64,000 nt of DNA, taken from positions 75,063 to 139,062 of the forward strand of contig JAKSVU010000002.1 in the NCBI GenBank assembly GCA_024413465.1. The letters run 5' to 3'. The DNA comes from Alphaproteobacteria bacterium. GTDB taxonomy: Bacteria > Pseudomonadota > Alphaproteobacteria > CAAGCB01 > CAG-977. The position numbers and the translations under genes were made by a program. Below are positions 28,551 to 39,211 of the stretch, in pieces; the stretch's first letter is position 1; the number at the start of each line of letters is the position of its first letter. The notes beneath the pieces were generated by a model, which saw only the letters and a list, made by a program, of their open reading frames with translations, was not told where the DNA came from and did not search any database.

Positions 28551-29822
28551 TTAAATCACCTTTCTACCTGCACTGAACACGTCTGTAATATTATGTTCTT
28601 GCATTAAATAGAATGAACGTTCAAAACGTTCGCGTAGTGTTAATTCACGAACTGGCTGTGAAAAATCAGAATCATCAATGACAATAGCATGTAATTCATC
28701 ACCGATGGCAAAACCATCTCCACCACCAAAGAATTTTGCTCCACCAGTTGTTGCAAGATAATATGCTTCTGCAACGGTTAAAAATTCATCAGTATAATCA
28801 GTTTGGATTTTTTTACCTTTTGACGCTTTGATTGCGTCTGTTAAAACGTGGTACATTTCAAGGTGACTACCACCAGCAATATCAGATGCTAATGTGACAT
28901 GAACACCTTCATTCATCATTTTACGAACAGGAGCAATTCCGCTAATTAAGTTAATATTCGAATCAGGACTATGTGCAACATAAACACCATTTTCAATCAT
29001 AGCTTGACGTTCACGTTCATCACTGTGAACACAGTGGGCCATGACAGTTCTGTCATTAAATAAGCCATATTTTTTATAAGATTCCCAATATTGTTTGCAA
29101 TCAGGGTGTAACTCGCGAACCCAAGCTACTTCCGAGGTGTTTTCAGATAAATGGGATTGAATTGGAAGATTTCGTTCATTAGCTAATTTACCCAAAAAAT
29201 CCATTAATTCATTTGTACAAGATGGTGTAAAACGAGGGGTGATAATTGGCTTAATGTATTTTAAATCAGCACAATCATCTAACCATTTTAAAGTTTCAGT
29301 TTTTGATTGTTCTGTTGTTTCAGTCAAAATGTCTCCACTGTTTCGATCCATATTAACTTTGCCAACAAAACCAGTTAATCCCACTTTTTCAAAAATGCGC
29401 ATCAAAATATTAGTTGATTCACGGTGTAAAGATGAAAAAGTGCAGCAACGAGTTGTTCCATTGCGAATCATTTTATTTGCCAATGCGGTGTAGCATTTGG
29501 TCGCAAATTCTGTGTTAGCAAAATGAGCTTCAGTATTAAAGGTATATGTGTTTAGCCATTCAAGTAATGGTAAATCCATCCCCATTCCTAACATTGGATA
29601 TTGAGGTGCATGAAGGTGGGTATCACAAAAGGCTTGTAAAATAAGTTTATCGCCGAAATCATGTTTGATAGCATTTGCTGTATAGTTTGCAGGAATTTCT
29701 GCTTCATTTTTGTATAACCCTGCAATTTTGCCATCATTCAAAACCATATATCCACGAGAGAGAATTTCAAGTGTTCCAAACTTTGGCGCATGAATAATAT
29801 TACCAATTAAAATTTCATTCAT
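28551..29822 (-). CDS. guanine deaminase-like amidohydrolase
   Basis: FCDTHLHAPQ (HxH metal site) plus later His/Asp residues of the amidohydrolase superfamily. It is adjacent to add. Confidence 0.7.
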   Translation of the reverse strand: MNEILIGNIIHAPKFGTLEILSRGYMVLNDGKIAGLYKNEAEIPANYTANAIKHDFGDKLILQAFCDTHLHAPQYPMLGMGMDLPLLEWLNTYTFNTEAHFANTEFATKCYTALANKMIRNGTTRCCTFSSLHRESTNILMRIFEKVGLTGFVGKVNMDRNSGDILTETTEQSKTETLKWLDDCADLKYIKPIITPRFTPSCTNELMDFLGKLANERNLPIQSHLSENTSEVAWVRELHPDCKQYWESYKKYGLFNDRTVMAHCVHSDERERQAMIENGVYVAHSPDSNINLISGIAPVRKMMNEGVHVTLASDIAGGSHLEMYHVLTDAIKASKGKKIQTDYTDEFLTVAEAYYLATTGGAKFFGGGDGFAIGDELHAIVIDDSDFSQPVRELTLRERFERSFYLMQEHNITDVFSAGRKVI

Positions 29823-29995
29823 TGTCTCAATCTTTTACGTTCGTTAATTCATGCCACTTAAGGCGTATCATCTTATCATTATTAGGGAAGGATTGTCAAT
29901 TTTACTTTTTGATTTAAATTAGCTTAATTTTAATGTTTATTTTTTTTGTAATTTTGATATTGTCAATGAAGCATAACTCTGTATTTAAGGAATAA

Positions 29996-31789
29996 ATGAT
30001 GTCATTTTTAAAGAAAAAAAAGAAAGATTTACCACCAATTACAAAAGAAAATGTTTTGATGTATAAACGTGTATGGATGACATACATTGCTCCTAAATGG
30101 AAGTGGTTGGTAGCATCAGTTGCACTTATGTTAATCGCATCAAGTTTTGATGCTTTGTTGGTGATGCAATTAAAGCCAATATTTGATGAAGTTTTTATTG
30201 ATAAAAATCAAACAATGTTGTTGGATATAGGGTTAAAAATTTTGGCTCTTTATTTGGTAAAAGGAACTTTCAGTTATACTCAAGCATTAGTAATGACTAA
30301 ATTATCCATTTTTGTCATTCGTGACATGCAATTTGAGGTCTACAAAAAGCTTTTACGCATGGATAGTAAATTTTATCAAAAACATACTTTAGGCGAAATT
30401 TTAACTCGTTTTGGTTCTGACGTAAGTACGATTAAAAGTGCGACTTTAGGGTCATTAATTACATTTGTTCGAGATGCAGGATCTGTTTTTTTCCTAGTAA
30501 TAGTGATGTTTTATCAATGTTTTGAAATGGCTTGTGTCGTTTTCTTTGTTTTCCCATTGGGCATTTGGCCAATCGTAATTTGTGGTAAAAAAATGAAGAA
30601 AAAATTTAAGCGTAATCGTAAAGTAGGTGAAGATTTCTTTGATATGATTACTCAATCTTTCAAAGGCATAAAAATTGTTAAGTCATATTGCACAGAAGAT
30701 TTCGAATTTAATAACGTAAAATCTTCTATCGAAAAAATGAATAAATTGTCATTTTCAATGGCATGTATTGATTCACTACAACATCCTTTGATGGAATTCA
30801 TAGGTGGTATTGGCATGACCGCTGCTTTAGCGTATGGTGGCTATGAAATTATGAAAGGTAATATGACACCAGGAAACTTCGTCGTGTTCCTGTTGGCTAT
30901 TGTTGCCGCATATAAGCCAATGAAACAGTTAGCGAGTGTTCATATGACATTGCAAACAGGTATAGTATCAATGGAAAGATTATTTTCTATGATTGATATT
31001 GAACCTGCAATTAAGGATAAGCCTGATGCAAAACCTTTGGTGATTACTGAAGGTCGAATTGAAATGAAGAATATTTCCTTTTCTTATGATGACGATGGCT
31101 TAAAGGTTTTAAAAAATGTTTCTGTTGAAGCAAAACCAAATGAAACGATTGCATTTGTTGGTCATTCTGGATCTGGGAAATCAACGTTGATTAATTTTAT
31201 GCCAAGATTTTATGATCCTGAGACAGGATATGTAAAAATTGATGGTCAGGATGTTCGAGATGTGACTGTAGAAAGTTTGCGTCGTCAAGTTGCTTATGTT
31301 TCGCAGGATGTTGTATTATTCCATGATACGATTAAAAATAATATTCGTTATGGAAATCCAGATGCAACGGATGAACAGGTTATCGAAGCAGCAAAAGCTG
31401 CTGCTGCTCATGATTTTATTATGCAAACAGAAAATGGTTATGAGACAGTTCTAGGAGAACAAGGTGCGGGGTTGTCAGGTGGTCAACGTCAAATGATATC
31501 AATTGCTAGAGCTATGTTAAAGAATGCTCCTATTTTATTGTTGGATGAAGCAACCGCTGCATTAGATTCAAAATCAGAACATATTGTTCAACAATCTTTG
31601 GAACGTTTGATGCAAAACAGAACAACTATTGTTATTGCTCATAGATTATCAACAATTGTACATAGTGATCGTATTTTCGTATTTAGCGAAGGTGAAATTG
31701 TTGAACAGGGAACACATGATGAATTGGTTGCTTTAGATGGTATTTATGCTCAAATGTATAAAATTCAATTTATGAAAGAAGATGAATAA
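29996..31789 (+). CDS. ABC exporter, fused permease/ATPase (MsbA-like lipid exporter)
   Basis: Six TM helices followed by an NBD with Walker A GHSGSGKST, signature LSGGQRQ and Walker B LLLDEAT. Confidence 0.8.
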   Translation: MMSFLKKKKKDLPPITKENVLMYKRVWMTYIAPKWKWLVASVALMLIASSFDALLVMQLKPIFDEVFIDKNQTMLLDIGLKILALYLVKGTFSYTQALVMTKLSIFVIRDMQFEVYKKLLRMDSKFYQKHTLGEILTRFGSDVSTIKSATLGSLITFVRDAGSVFFLVIVMFYQCFEMACVVFFVFPLGIWPIVICGKKMKKKFKRNRKVGEDFFDMITQSFKGIKIVKSYCTEDFEFNNVKSSIEKMNKLSFSMACIDSLQHPLMEFIGGIGMTAALAYGGYEIMKGNMTPGNFVVFLLAIVAAYKPMKQLASVHMTLQTGIVSMERLFSMIDIEPAIKDKPDAKPLVITEGRIEMKNISFSYDDDGLKVLKNVSVEAKPNETIAFVGHSGSGKSTLINFMPRFYDPETGYVKIDGQDVRDVTVESLRRQVAYVSQDVVLFHDTIKNNIRYGNPDATDEQVIEAAKAAAAHDFIMQTENGYETVLGEQGAGLSGGQRQMISIARAMLKNAPILLLDEATAALDSKSEHIVQQSLERLMQNRTTIVIAHRLSTIVHSDRIFVFSEGEIVEQGTHDELVALDGIYAQMYKIQFMKEDE

Positions 31790-31808
31790 AATATTCGGAG
31801 ATTAATGT

Positions 31809-32753
31809 ATGGATAAAGTTGCAGTTCTTATTCCTTGTTATAATGAAGTTCTTACAATTGAAAAAGTTGTTCGTGATTTTAAGGCAGCTTTGCCTGAAGC
31901 CGTAATTTACGTATACGACAATAATTCAACCGATAATACTGCAAAAGTGGCAGAAAAAGCAGGTGCAATTGTTCGATATGAACATCAACAAGGAAAGGGA
32001 AATGTTATTCGCCGTATGTTTGCAGAAATCGATGCTCAATGTTATTTGATGGTTGATGGCGATGATACGTATCCAGCAGAAGCTGCAAAAGAAATGGTCG
32101 AAAAGGTATTGAATGATAAATCTGATATGGTTGTTGGAGATAGGTTGTCTTCAACATATTTCGAAGAAAATAAGAGACCATTTCACAATATTGGAAATAC
32201 CTTAGTTCGCGCTAGCATTAATACTCTATTCAAAAATAATATCAAAGATATTATGACTGGATATAGGGCCTTTAGTTATAGATTTGTAAAAACATTTCCA
32301 GTCTTATCGAAAGGCTTTGAAATCGAAACAGAAATGACTATCCACGCTATTGATAAAAATATGTTTGTTGAAAATGTGGTTATTAATTATCGTGATCGCC
32401 CAGAGGGAAGTGAGTCTAAATTAAATACGTATACTGACGGTTTTAAAGTTTTGAAAACAATTGCACGATTATTTTCAACGTATCGTCCTATGAAGTATTT
32501 TAGTGGTTTGTCTGCCTTGTTGTTATTGATAGCGACTGGATTTTTTGTTCCAGTCTTGATTGAGTATATTAAAACAGGATTAGTTCCGAATTTTCCAACC
32601 TTGATTGTTTGTGGTTTTGTTGTTATTGCTGCAATTCAATCTTTTTTTGCTGGATTGATTTTGCATAATAATTATCAAAAAAATCGTCAAGATTTTGAAA
32701 TGAATCTATATAGAGTATCATCGGAAGAAAAAGAAAAGTTAGGTAAAATCTAA
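31809..32753 (+). CDS. GT2 family glycosyltransferase (polyprenyl-phosphate sugar synthase-like) with C-terminal TM helices
   Basis: LIPCYNE...YDNNSTDNT...DGDD pattern of the GT-A fold plus two C-terminal TM segments. Confidence 0.8.
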   Translation: MDKVAVLIPCYNEVLTIEKVVRDFKAALPEAVIYVYDNNSTDNTAKVAEKAGAIVRYEHQQGKGNVIRRMFAEIDAQCYLMVDGDDTYPAEAAKEMVEKVLNDKSDMVVGDRLSSTYFEENKRPFHNIGNTLVRASINTLFKNNIKDIMTGYRAFSYRFVKTFPVLSKGFEIETEMTIHAIDKNMFVENVVINYRDRPEGSESKLNTYTDGFKVLKTIARLFSTYRPMKYFSGLSALLLLIATGFFVPVLIEYIKTGLVPNFPTLIVCGFVVIAAIQSFFAGLILHNNYQKNRQDFEMNLYRVSSEEKEKLGKI

Positions 32754-34232
32754 GTGAAGAAACAGTTATATTTATTAAAAAATATCATATTGAATATATT
32801 CAATCATATAAATCAACATCCGATTTATGCATTTATATCCATTTTTATAGTGTTGTTTTTTGTTACTTTTTATAAGTTTATGAATAAACATTTTACAGGT
32901 TTTACTCCTGAAGAGATTCTTTTTTTCCTTCAAACTCCGTGGACAGGTGTTGATGGTAATATGCTTTTAAAGTTTATAAAAAATTGCCTAGCAACTCCAT
33001 TACTTATCTCGTTCATCCTGTGTAATTTAAAAAGAATAAAATTGAATGTTAACTTTAAATCTTACAAATTTGTTGTAAAAAATTTGAATTTTATTTTATT
33101 TGTTTTTGCCTGGATTTGTATTTCTAAAGGGCTACTAACAAATAAAGATTTAAAAAACTTTTTAGATTTTTTTAACGAAGAATATTCAACTTTTTATGAA
33201 GAAAATTATATTTCAGTTTCAAAAGATGATTTAAAAATAGAGAATAAAAAAAATTTAATTTTTATTATTGTGGAAAGTTTGGAACAAACTTTTTCTGATT
33301 CTGAAGTATATGGAAAAAATTTAATACCTAATTTATCTAAATTAGATGGAATAAAATTTTCAAATTTTGAAAATGGGTATGCTACCGATTATACAGCAGG
33401 GATGATTATAGGTTCTTTTACAGGTTTGCCTCCATATCTTTCTTTGCGAGATTTAAATTATTATGGTCATTTGCAAACGCCATATCCTGCGATACTTTCT
33501 TTAGGGCGAGTGTTGAAAAATAATGGTTATCATACATCTTATATTTTGGGAAGTAAGGCTGAATTCGCAGGAACAAATGAGTTTTTATTTACTCATGGAA
33601 TTGATGAGATGATAGATAGAGGGGATATAGAGAAAGAGTTTCCAAATTTAAAAATAGCAGGGAAATGGGGGTATGGAGATTCAGATGTTTTTTCTGTTGC
33701 TCAGTCGAAATTAATAGAGAGTGTTGCTGACGGAAAAAAGAATTTTTTTATGATGATTTCTACAATAGATACACATGGCAATTATAAGCCTTCAGTCCCA
33801 ATAAATAAGTATGAAAATAAATATGAAAATGGAATCTACAATGCAGATGCAAGTATAGCGAACTTTATCAATTGGGTAAAAGAACAAAGTTTTTACAAGG
33901 ATACTGTAATTGTTGTTGTTGGTGATCATTTGAGAATGGGGAGGGATATTAAATATCCGACATATAGAACGATATTTAATTTATTTATGAATACAGAAAA
34001 GTCTTCTGTAAATATAAATAGAAAATTTTCCCAAATAGACTTGGGGCCAACAATATTGGAAGCTGTAGGAATAAAAATTAAAAACGATGCCTTAGGTTTG
34101 GGGAGATCTGTTTTTTCTGATGAGAAAACATTGTTGGAAAAATATGATACTAAAGATCTTTTTGATTTGATGAAAAAAAAGAGCAAATTTCTTAAAAATT
34201 TATGGTATGGCCCAACAAATAGTTCAGATTGA
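32754..34232 (+). CDS. membrane-anchored sulfatase-family transferase (LTA synthase/phosphoglycerol- or phosphoethanolamine-transferase-like)
   Basis: Five N-terminal TM helices followed by a sulfatase domain (IVESLEQT, GYATDY, VVVGDHL). The GTG start abuts the upstream stop. Markedly AT-rich. Confidence 0.7.
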   Translation: MKKQLYLLKNIILNIFNHINQHPIYAFISIFIVLFFVTFYKFMNKHFTGFTPEEILFFLQTPWTGVDGNMLLKFIKNCLATPLLISFILCNLKRIKLNVNFKSYKFVVKNLNFILFVFAWICISKGLLTNKDLKNFLDFFNEEYSTFYEENYISVSKDDLKIENKKNLIFIIVESLEQTFSDSEVYGKNLIPNLSKLDGIKFSNFENGYATDYTAGMIIGSFTGLPPYLSLRDLNYYGHLQTPYPAILSLGRVLKNNGYHTSYILGSKAEFAGTNEFLFTHGIDEMIDRGDIEKEFPNLKIAGKWGYGDSDVFSVAQSKLIESVADGKKNFFMMISTIDTHGNYKPSVPINKYENKYENGIYNADASIANFINWVKEQSFYKDTVIVVVGDHLRMGRDIKYPTYRTIFNLFMNTEKSSVNINRKFSQIDLGPTILEAVGIKIKNDALGLGRSVFSDEKTLLEKYDTKDLFDLMKKKSKFLKNLWYGPTNSSD

Positions 34233-34335
34233 TAATAATTTAAATTGATTTAAAAGATGCAGAACAATGGTTTTCAATTTAAATAATAAATCCAACGGTT
34301 GCCGTTTTTATGTATTGTTTTATAATGTCTTTTTT

Positions 34336-34827
34336 TTAAATAAATAGCACAATAAAATACATAATAATAGTCGCGTATAATCCAGCAAAAACGTCGTCAG
34401 TCATGACACCCCAAGCATTTAGAACTTTTTCATCAAAATATTTGACTAATCCCATTTTCTTGATGTCAAATAATCTGAATAATCCAAAGCCAACTAAATA
34501 AAGCCACCAATGTTCCAAATTGCCTTGTAATTTGTTACCGATTAATAAAAAAGCGAGTGTTTGGCCGACAACTTCATCAATAACAATCAATGAAGGATCA
34601 TGTTCTGTATATTTTAAAACTTCAACAGAAGCCAGAGTGCCCAATAAAAATGTTATTGTTGCAAAAATTACGATACCTAGCCATCCATAGTGATAGACAA
34701 TAAAAGCAACAGCGGGGATTGTTACAAGAGATCCCGCAGTACCACTAGCTTTTGGACAAAAACCAACTCCAAAAACAGAACAGATGGTGTAACAAATAAA
34801 TTTATAAAGTTTGCTTAAATTATTCAT
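34336..34827 (-). CDS. pgpA: phosphatidylglycerophosphatase A
   Basis: Alignable to the E. coli PgpA core (IDEVVGQ..., FRLFDIKK..., MTDDVFAG). Confidence 0.8.
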   Translation of the reverse strand: MNNLSKLYKFICYTICSVFGVGFCPKASGTAGSLVTIPAVAFIVYHYGWLGIVIFATITFLLGTLASVEVLKYTEHDPSLIVIDEVVGQTLAFLLIGNKLQGNLEHWWLYLVGFGLFRLFDIKKMGLVKYFDEKVLNAWGVMTDDVFAGLYATIIMYFIVLFI

Positions 34828-35567
34828 TTGTTTTGTCCTAAAAAAGTTTTTTGTTGTAATTCATTAAATGATTTTAGTTCAGTGCCATTCAGGATGATTT
34901 CTTCGGCTTCAATGACAGATGGTTGACGATACTGTTCAATCGAAAATTTCTTTAAACTAAGTTCTTTTGCTTTGTATTTCTTTTTGTTAAATAAAACTCG
35001 CCCATTTTCAACTTCAGCTTGTTCAATTTCTAATTTTAAAGTAGAGGCAACAAAAAAATCTTTTGTGTCAGACGTATCAACGGATTTCAAATTGACAATA
35101 TGAATTTTATCAGCTGAAAAAGTATATGGATGAGGATGATTTTGGATTATTAAATTTTTTGTAGAAAATTTTTCTATTTGTAAATCACCAATAGTGGGCT
35201 CCTTTGTCTTAAAGTAAGTCAAAAGTTGCTTAAAATCAATGCGTAACGTTCCAAATATCATAGAACCAGATGTAATTTGTGATACTTTGCTTTCACGAAA
35301 ATTTATTTTAAAGTTTGTAAATTTGAGTGTAATTTTATCTTCTATTTCAAAAAAATCATACGAAATATCAGCCCAAGTAATAGATTGAAATCCCTTTGTA
35401 ATCAGGAAATCAGCAAAAGCTTCGCCTAAATTATCTTTTGTTCTAGATGAATGAGGTAAATTTATCTTGAAAGGTCCATCTGGTAAAGGTTCTTTTGGAT
35501 CGTGGTAAACAGCATCTTGAGCATGAACTGGAAATGCTAATAAAATTAATAAAATAAATTTAATCAT
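34824..35567 (-). CDS. periplasmic hypothetical protein (signal peptide)
   Basis: Signal peptide MIKFILLILLAFPVHAQ. It overlaps the pgpA start by 4 nt (operon). Confidence 0.5.
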   Translation of the reverse strand: MIKFILLILLAFPVHAQDAVYHDPKEPLPDGPFKINLPHSSRTKDNLGEAFADFLITKGFQSITWADISYDFFEIEDKITLKFTNFKINFRESKVSQITSGSMIFGTLRIDFKQLLTYFKTKEPTIGDLQIEKFSTKNLIIQNHPHPYTFSADKIHIVNLKSVDTSDTKDFFVASTLKLEIEQAEVENGRVLFNKKKYKAKELSLKKFSIEQYRQPSVIEAEEIILNGTELKSFNELQQKTFLGQNK

Positions 35568-35628
35568 TTTGACCTTTTTAATATGTTTCGTTATGATGAA
35601 AATATACTTTATTTTTATGAAGATAACA

Positions 35629-36312
35629 ATGAATTTTACGACACAGTTATATAAGGCTAGTTTTATACAGAGAAATGCTAAATTATTGGCAGAAGTTCAA
35701 TTGGAAAGTGGTGAATATGTTTTTGCATATTTGCCTAATATGACAGATTTAAATGGAATATTATTTCCAGGTTGTGAAGTTTATTTATCATATAATACAA
35801 GTGAATTTAAAAGATTACATTACGTTGTTGAATTGGTAAATACGGGAGCCTGTTTGGTCGGCGTGAACGTTGATCATCATTTAGATTTGTTTGTTGAGGC
35901 TGTGGGTGGTTTTCCTGAATTATCTGTATATAAAACAATAATGCCCGCAGAAGAACATACTGTCTTTGATGCAGAATTGATATCAGAACAGAATGAACGT
36001 GCCTTTGTTATCATTGCTCCTATTTACGAAAAAAATGGTATGGCGCTGACTTATCCAGATAGTATTATGGTAGGAAATCGTCAAATTATTCGTCAAATTA
36101 ATCAGGCATTGGATGATAAGTGTAAGGTATACCTTTGTTTATTAGCTCAACGTCAGGATTTTATGGAAGCTAAAATTAATTGGCAAGTTGATCCTGCTTT
36201 TGTTGTAGAGTTAAAAAATTTATGTGAAAAAGGTTTGGAAATTTTTTGTTGTGGTTGTAGTGTAACGATGCAAGGAATCCAAATTATCAATCGATATCCA
36301 TTTAATATTTAA
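35629..36312 (+). CDS. sfsA: sugar fermentation stimulation protein SfsA-like
   Basis: Collinear similarity to E. coli SfsA (N-terminal LIQR...LA.V, CPNT-like segment, C-terminal GVE.. core). The start is uncertain; the ORF is open from TTG 35569 and alternative ATGs lie at 35617 and 35629. Confidence 0.55.
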   Translation: MNFTTQLYKASFIQRNAKLLAEVQLESGEYVFAYLPNMTDLNGILFPGCEVYLSYNTSEFKRLHYVVELVNTGACLVGVNVDHHLDLFVEAVGGFPELSVYKTIMPAEEHTVFDAELISEQNERAFVIIAPIYEKNGMALTYPDSIMVGNRQIIRQINQALDDKCKVYLCLLAQRQDFMEAKINWQVDPAFVVELKNLCEKGLEIFCCGCSVTMQGIQIINRYPFNI

Positions 36313-36324
36313 GGGCAAAAAATT

Positions 36325-37134
36325 ATGGCGAAATCAGGTAAAGTTGTTATTCATACAGATCCTGCAGATTTTGAAGGTATGAGAAAAGCTGGGAAATTAG
36401 CGGCTGAAACATTAGATATGATAACTCCATACGTTGAGGCAGGAATAACAACTGAAGAATTAGATAAAATATGTGATGATTATATTAATGCACATGGAGG
36501 TATTTCTGCTTGTAAGGGATATCATGGTTATCCAAAATCTGTCTGTATTTCTTTAAATCACGTGATTTGCCATGGGATTCCAAGTGATAGAAAATTAGTA
36601 AACGGTGATATTTTAAATATTGATGTAACGACGATTGTAGATGGATGGTATGGTGATACAAGTCGTATGTATACTGTTGGAAAATTATCAGTCAAAGCAA
36701 AAAAATTAGTGGATATCACTTTTGAAACAATGTGGCGTGGTATTGAGCAAGTTAAACCAGGAAATACTCTTGGTGATATTGGACATGCTATGCAATCTTT
36801 TGCTGAAAAGAATAGATGTTCTGTAGTAAAAGATTTTTGCGGACATGGTTTGGGAAAAATATTTCATGATGCTCCAAATGTGTTAAATTATGGAAAGCCT
36901 CATGAGGGATTAGTTTTAGAACCAGGAATGTTTTTCACAATTGAACCAATGGTCAATACAGGTGGAGATGAATTGAAAATTTTAGCAGATGGTTGGACAA
37001 CGGTTACGCGTGATATGGGATTATCTGCACAATTTGAACATTCTTTGGCAGTGACGGAAACAGGGTATGAAATCTTTACAAATTCACCAAAAGGATTAGA
37101 TCATCCACCATATGATTTAAGTTCTTTTAAATGA
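36325..37134 (+). CDS. map: type I methionine aminopeptidase
   Basis: 269 aa with the metal ligand pattern (D..D, H, E, E) and a typical Map sequence. Confidence 0.95.
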   Translation: MAKSGKVVIHTDPADFEGMRKAGKLAAETLDMITPYVEAGITTEELDKICDDYINAHGGISACKGYHGYPKSVCISLNHVICHGIPSDRKLVNGDILNIDVTTIVDGWYGDTSRMYTVGKLSVKAKKLVDITFETMWRGIEQVKPGNTLGDIGHAMQSFAEKNRCSVVKDFCGHGLGKIFHDAPNVLNYGKPHEGLVLEPGMFFTIEPMVNTGGDELKILADGWTTVTRDMGLSAQFEHSLAVTETGYEIFTNSPKGLDHPPYDLSSFK

Positions 37135-37805
37135 GTGAAGAAAACCAACCAAAACATCGAGAACACGTCCGCAAAAGATTATTAGCGGGTGGAAATGAGT
37201 CTTTTCTGGATCAGGATATTGTTGAAGCTTTATTATTATCTGTTGTAAAACGGCAAGATGTAAAAAAAAGGTCCAGAGATTTAATTGATAAGTTTAAAGA
37301 TATTCGGGGAATATTGACAGCCTCTCCTGATGAATTACGCACAATTGATGGTGTAGGAGATTCTATAGTTTGTGTTTTTAAAATTGTTCATGAAATTGCG
37401 AATAGGTTTGCTAAACAGTCCATTAAAGATGGCAATGTTTTGAATAATATGGATGATTTGATTGCGTATCTTCGTATAAAAATAGGACATGAACATAATG
37501 AAAGTTTTATCGTTTTATTTTTGGATAATTCCTATCGAGTTCTAGGTGAATTTGATATTCAAGGGACAGCAAATCAGGCTCTTGTTTCTCCGGCTGATAT
37601 CACCAAAAAGGCTTTAAATATAGGGGCGGTTCATGCAGTAATTGCTCATAATCATCCTTCGGGAGAAATTCAACCTTCTCAACCAGATAAAGAATTGACG
37701 AAAAAATTGAAGAATATTTTTCAAAGTTTATCAATCAATTTGATTGATCATATTATTATATCGTCTGCAGATTTTTATTCTTTCAAATTGAACAGGTTAT
37801 TATAA
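37131..37805 (+). CDS. radC: RadC-family JAB-domain protein
   Basis: HNHPSG JAMM motif and an N-terminal HhH-like region. It overlaps the map stop. Confidence 0.85.
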   Translation: MSEENQPKHREHVRKRLLAGGNESFLDQDIVEALLLSVVKRQDVKKRSRDLIDKFKDIRGILTASPDELRTIDGVGDSIVCVFKIVHEIANRFAKQSIKDGNVLNNMDDLIAYLRIKIGHEHNESFIVLFLDNSYRVLGEFDIQGTANQALVSPADITKKALNIGAVHAVIAHNHPSGEIQPSQPDKELTKKLKNIFQSLSINLIDHIIISSADFYSFKLNRLL

Positions 37806-37864
37806 AAAAAGACAACGACAGAAAAACTATCATTGTCCTTTTAGGAGTTATAACCAAATAAAAT

Positions 37865-39202
37865 TTATCTACTAATCTGTTTGGATTGTGCAACCAACAT
37901 TGTAACTGAAGAATTGCTTTTAGATTTTTGTTCAGCTAAATTATCGGAAGCTTTCAAATTTAATTTTTTTATTCCTTGTTGAACAGATTTTATCATGTCA
38001 TTTGAAAGAGGAATATCAACAGTTGACGTATATAATTTTGCAGAATCAACTTTTAAACGATCTGAAATAGATTTTGGTAATTCGACTTTATCAACAATTT
38101 CAGGATTAAATCCCATACGAATTTTTTTTGCCATGAACAAATAAAGTTTTTCATCTTGAAGTGTTTGTTCTGCCTGAGGATTTTTTTCTCCTTTAATAGC
38201 GGATTGATTTATTTGTTCTACGGCATCTATTGTTTTCAAGATAGAATAATAGATAGGCTTGTCATTCGTAGCAAAAGAACACTTTTTACTGATATCTTGG
38301 CGTGTTTCTGTAATGTATTTATCCGCATAAAAATGATCATTTTTGTTTTTCAAATCTCGTAAAGGCATTTGAGCAACAGTATCGTCGTTATCTTGTCCAT
38401 AACAAACAGCCCCAGCATTATAAATTTCTAAAAATGCTTGAGTGAGATTGTGAATTTGTTTTGCTTTTGGTGTTAAAACGAATTGTTCGAAATCGGGAAC
38501 TTTATCTCCGCCACAGAATGCTTTGATATCTTTTGGTGTGCCATGAACAAGAGGACCTTTTTCATACGAATTTTGACCTAAACAACTGATAACACTTTCA
38601 ACGTCATACCCATTTTCATAGGCTGCTGTAATTCGTTCATCATCATACCAACCACGATAAGCCCCAGCTACACCGTCCTTTTCCCAACCATCTGCAATTT
38701 GAGTATACGTTCCTGCAAAAGCATCACGGGGAGCTGTGTCACCAAGCTCTGCCCATTCATTACAAGCTTTATAAGCTTGAGATTGAGCATCAGCTTCTGT
38801 TGCACGATAAATCATCTGATTTGTTTCATAATCTAAATGTTGGCTTTCATATTCACCACGACCTGCATGGTCTTGCCACAAATGGCGAGCTTCATGAACC
38901 AGACAAGACCGTAATTTGTCTATTCCACATTTTTTATTTAGCGTAATAATGTTTTGGCTTGGTGTATAGCAACCAACAGATTTTCCTAAATCATCAGCCA
39001 ATTTAAAAGGAGTTTCATGTTTTTTCATTTCATCCAAAGCTTCACGACCTGTTGGAATTTTATTCAAGGATTGAAGAATTTGTTCAACCATTAAATAGTC
39101 GCTTTGTTTGCAAATGACGGTTATGCCTTCAATTTCCCATTCGTGTGGACGTTCTTTTGTCTGAAAATCACTTTGTAAAAATATATCGTTAAAGGCACCC
39201 AT
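37865..39202 (-). CDS. HExxHxxQD zincin-like (DUF4157-like) protein, paralog 1 (445 aa)
   Basis: GCYTPSQNIITLNKKCGIDKLRSCLVHEARHLWQD. No signal peptide is evident. It lies 9 bp downstream of paralog 2 on the same strand. Confidence 0.55.
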   Translation of the reverse strand: MGAFNDIFLQSDFQTKERPHEWEIEGITVICKQSDYLMVEQILQSLNKIPTGREALDEMKKHETPFKLADDLGKSVGCYTPSQNIITLNKKCGIDKLRSCLVHEARHLWQDHAGRGEYESQHLDYETNQMIYRATEADAQSQAYKACNEWAELGDTAPRDAFAGTYTQIADGWEKDGVAGAYRGWYDDERITAAYENGYDVESVISCLGQNSYEKGPLVHGTPKDIKAFCGGDKVPDFEQFVLTPKAKQIHNLTQAFLEIYNAGAVCYGQDNDDTVAQMPLRDLKNKNDHFYADKYITETRQDISKKCSFATNDKPIYYSILKTIDAVEQINQSAIKGEKNPQAEQTLQDEKLYLFMAKKIRMGFNPEIVDKVELPKSISDRLKVDSAKLYTSTVDIPLSNDMIKSVQQGIKKLNLKASDNLAEQKSKSNSSVTMLVAQSKQISR

Positions 39203-39211
39203 TTTAATACC

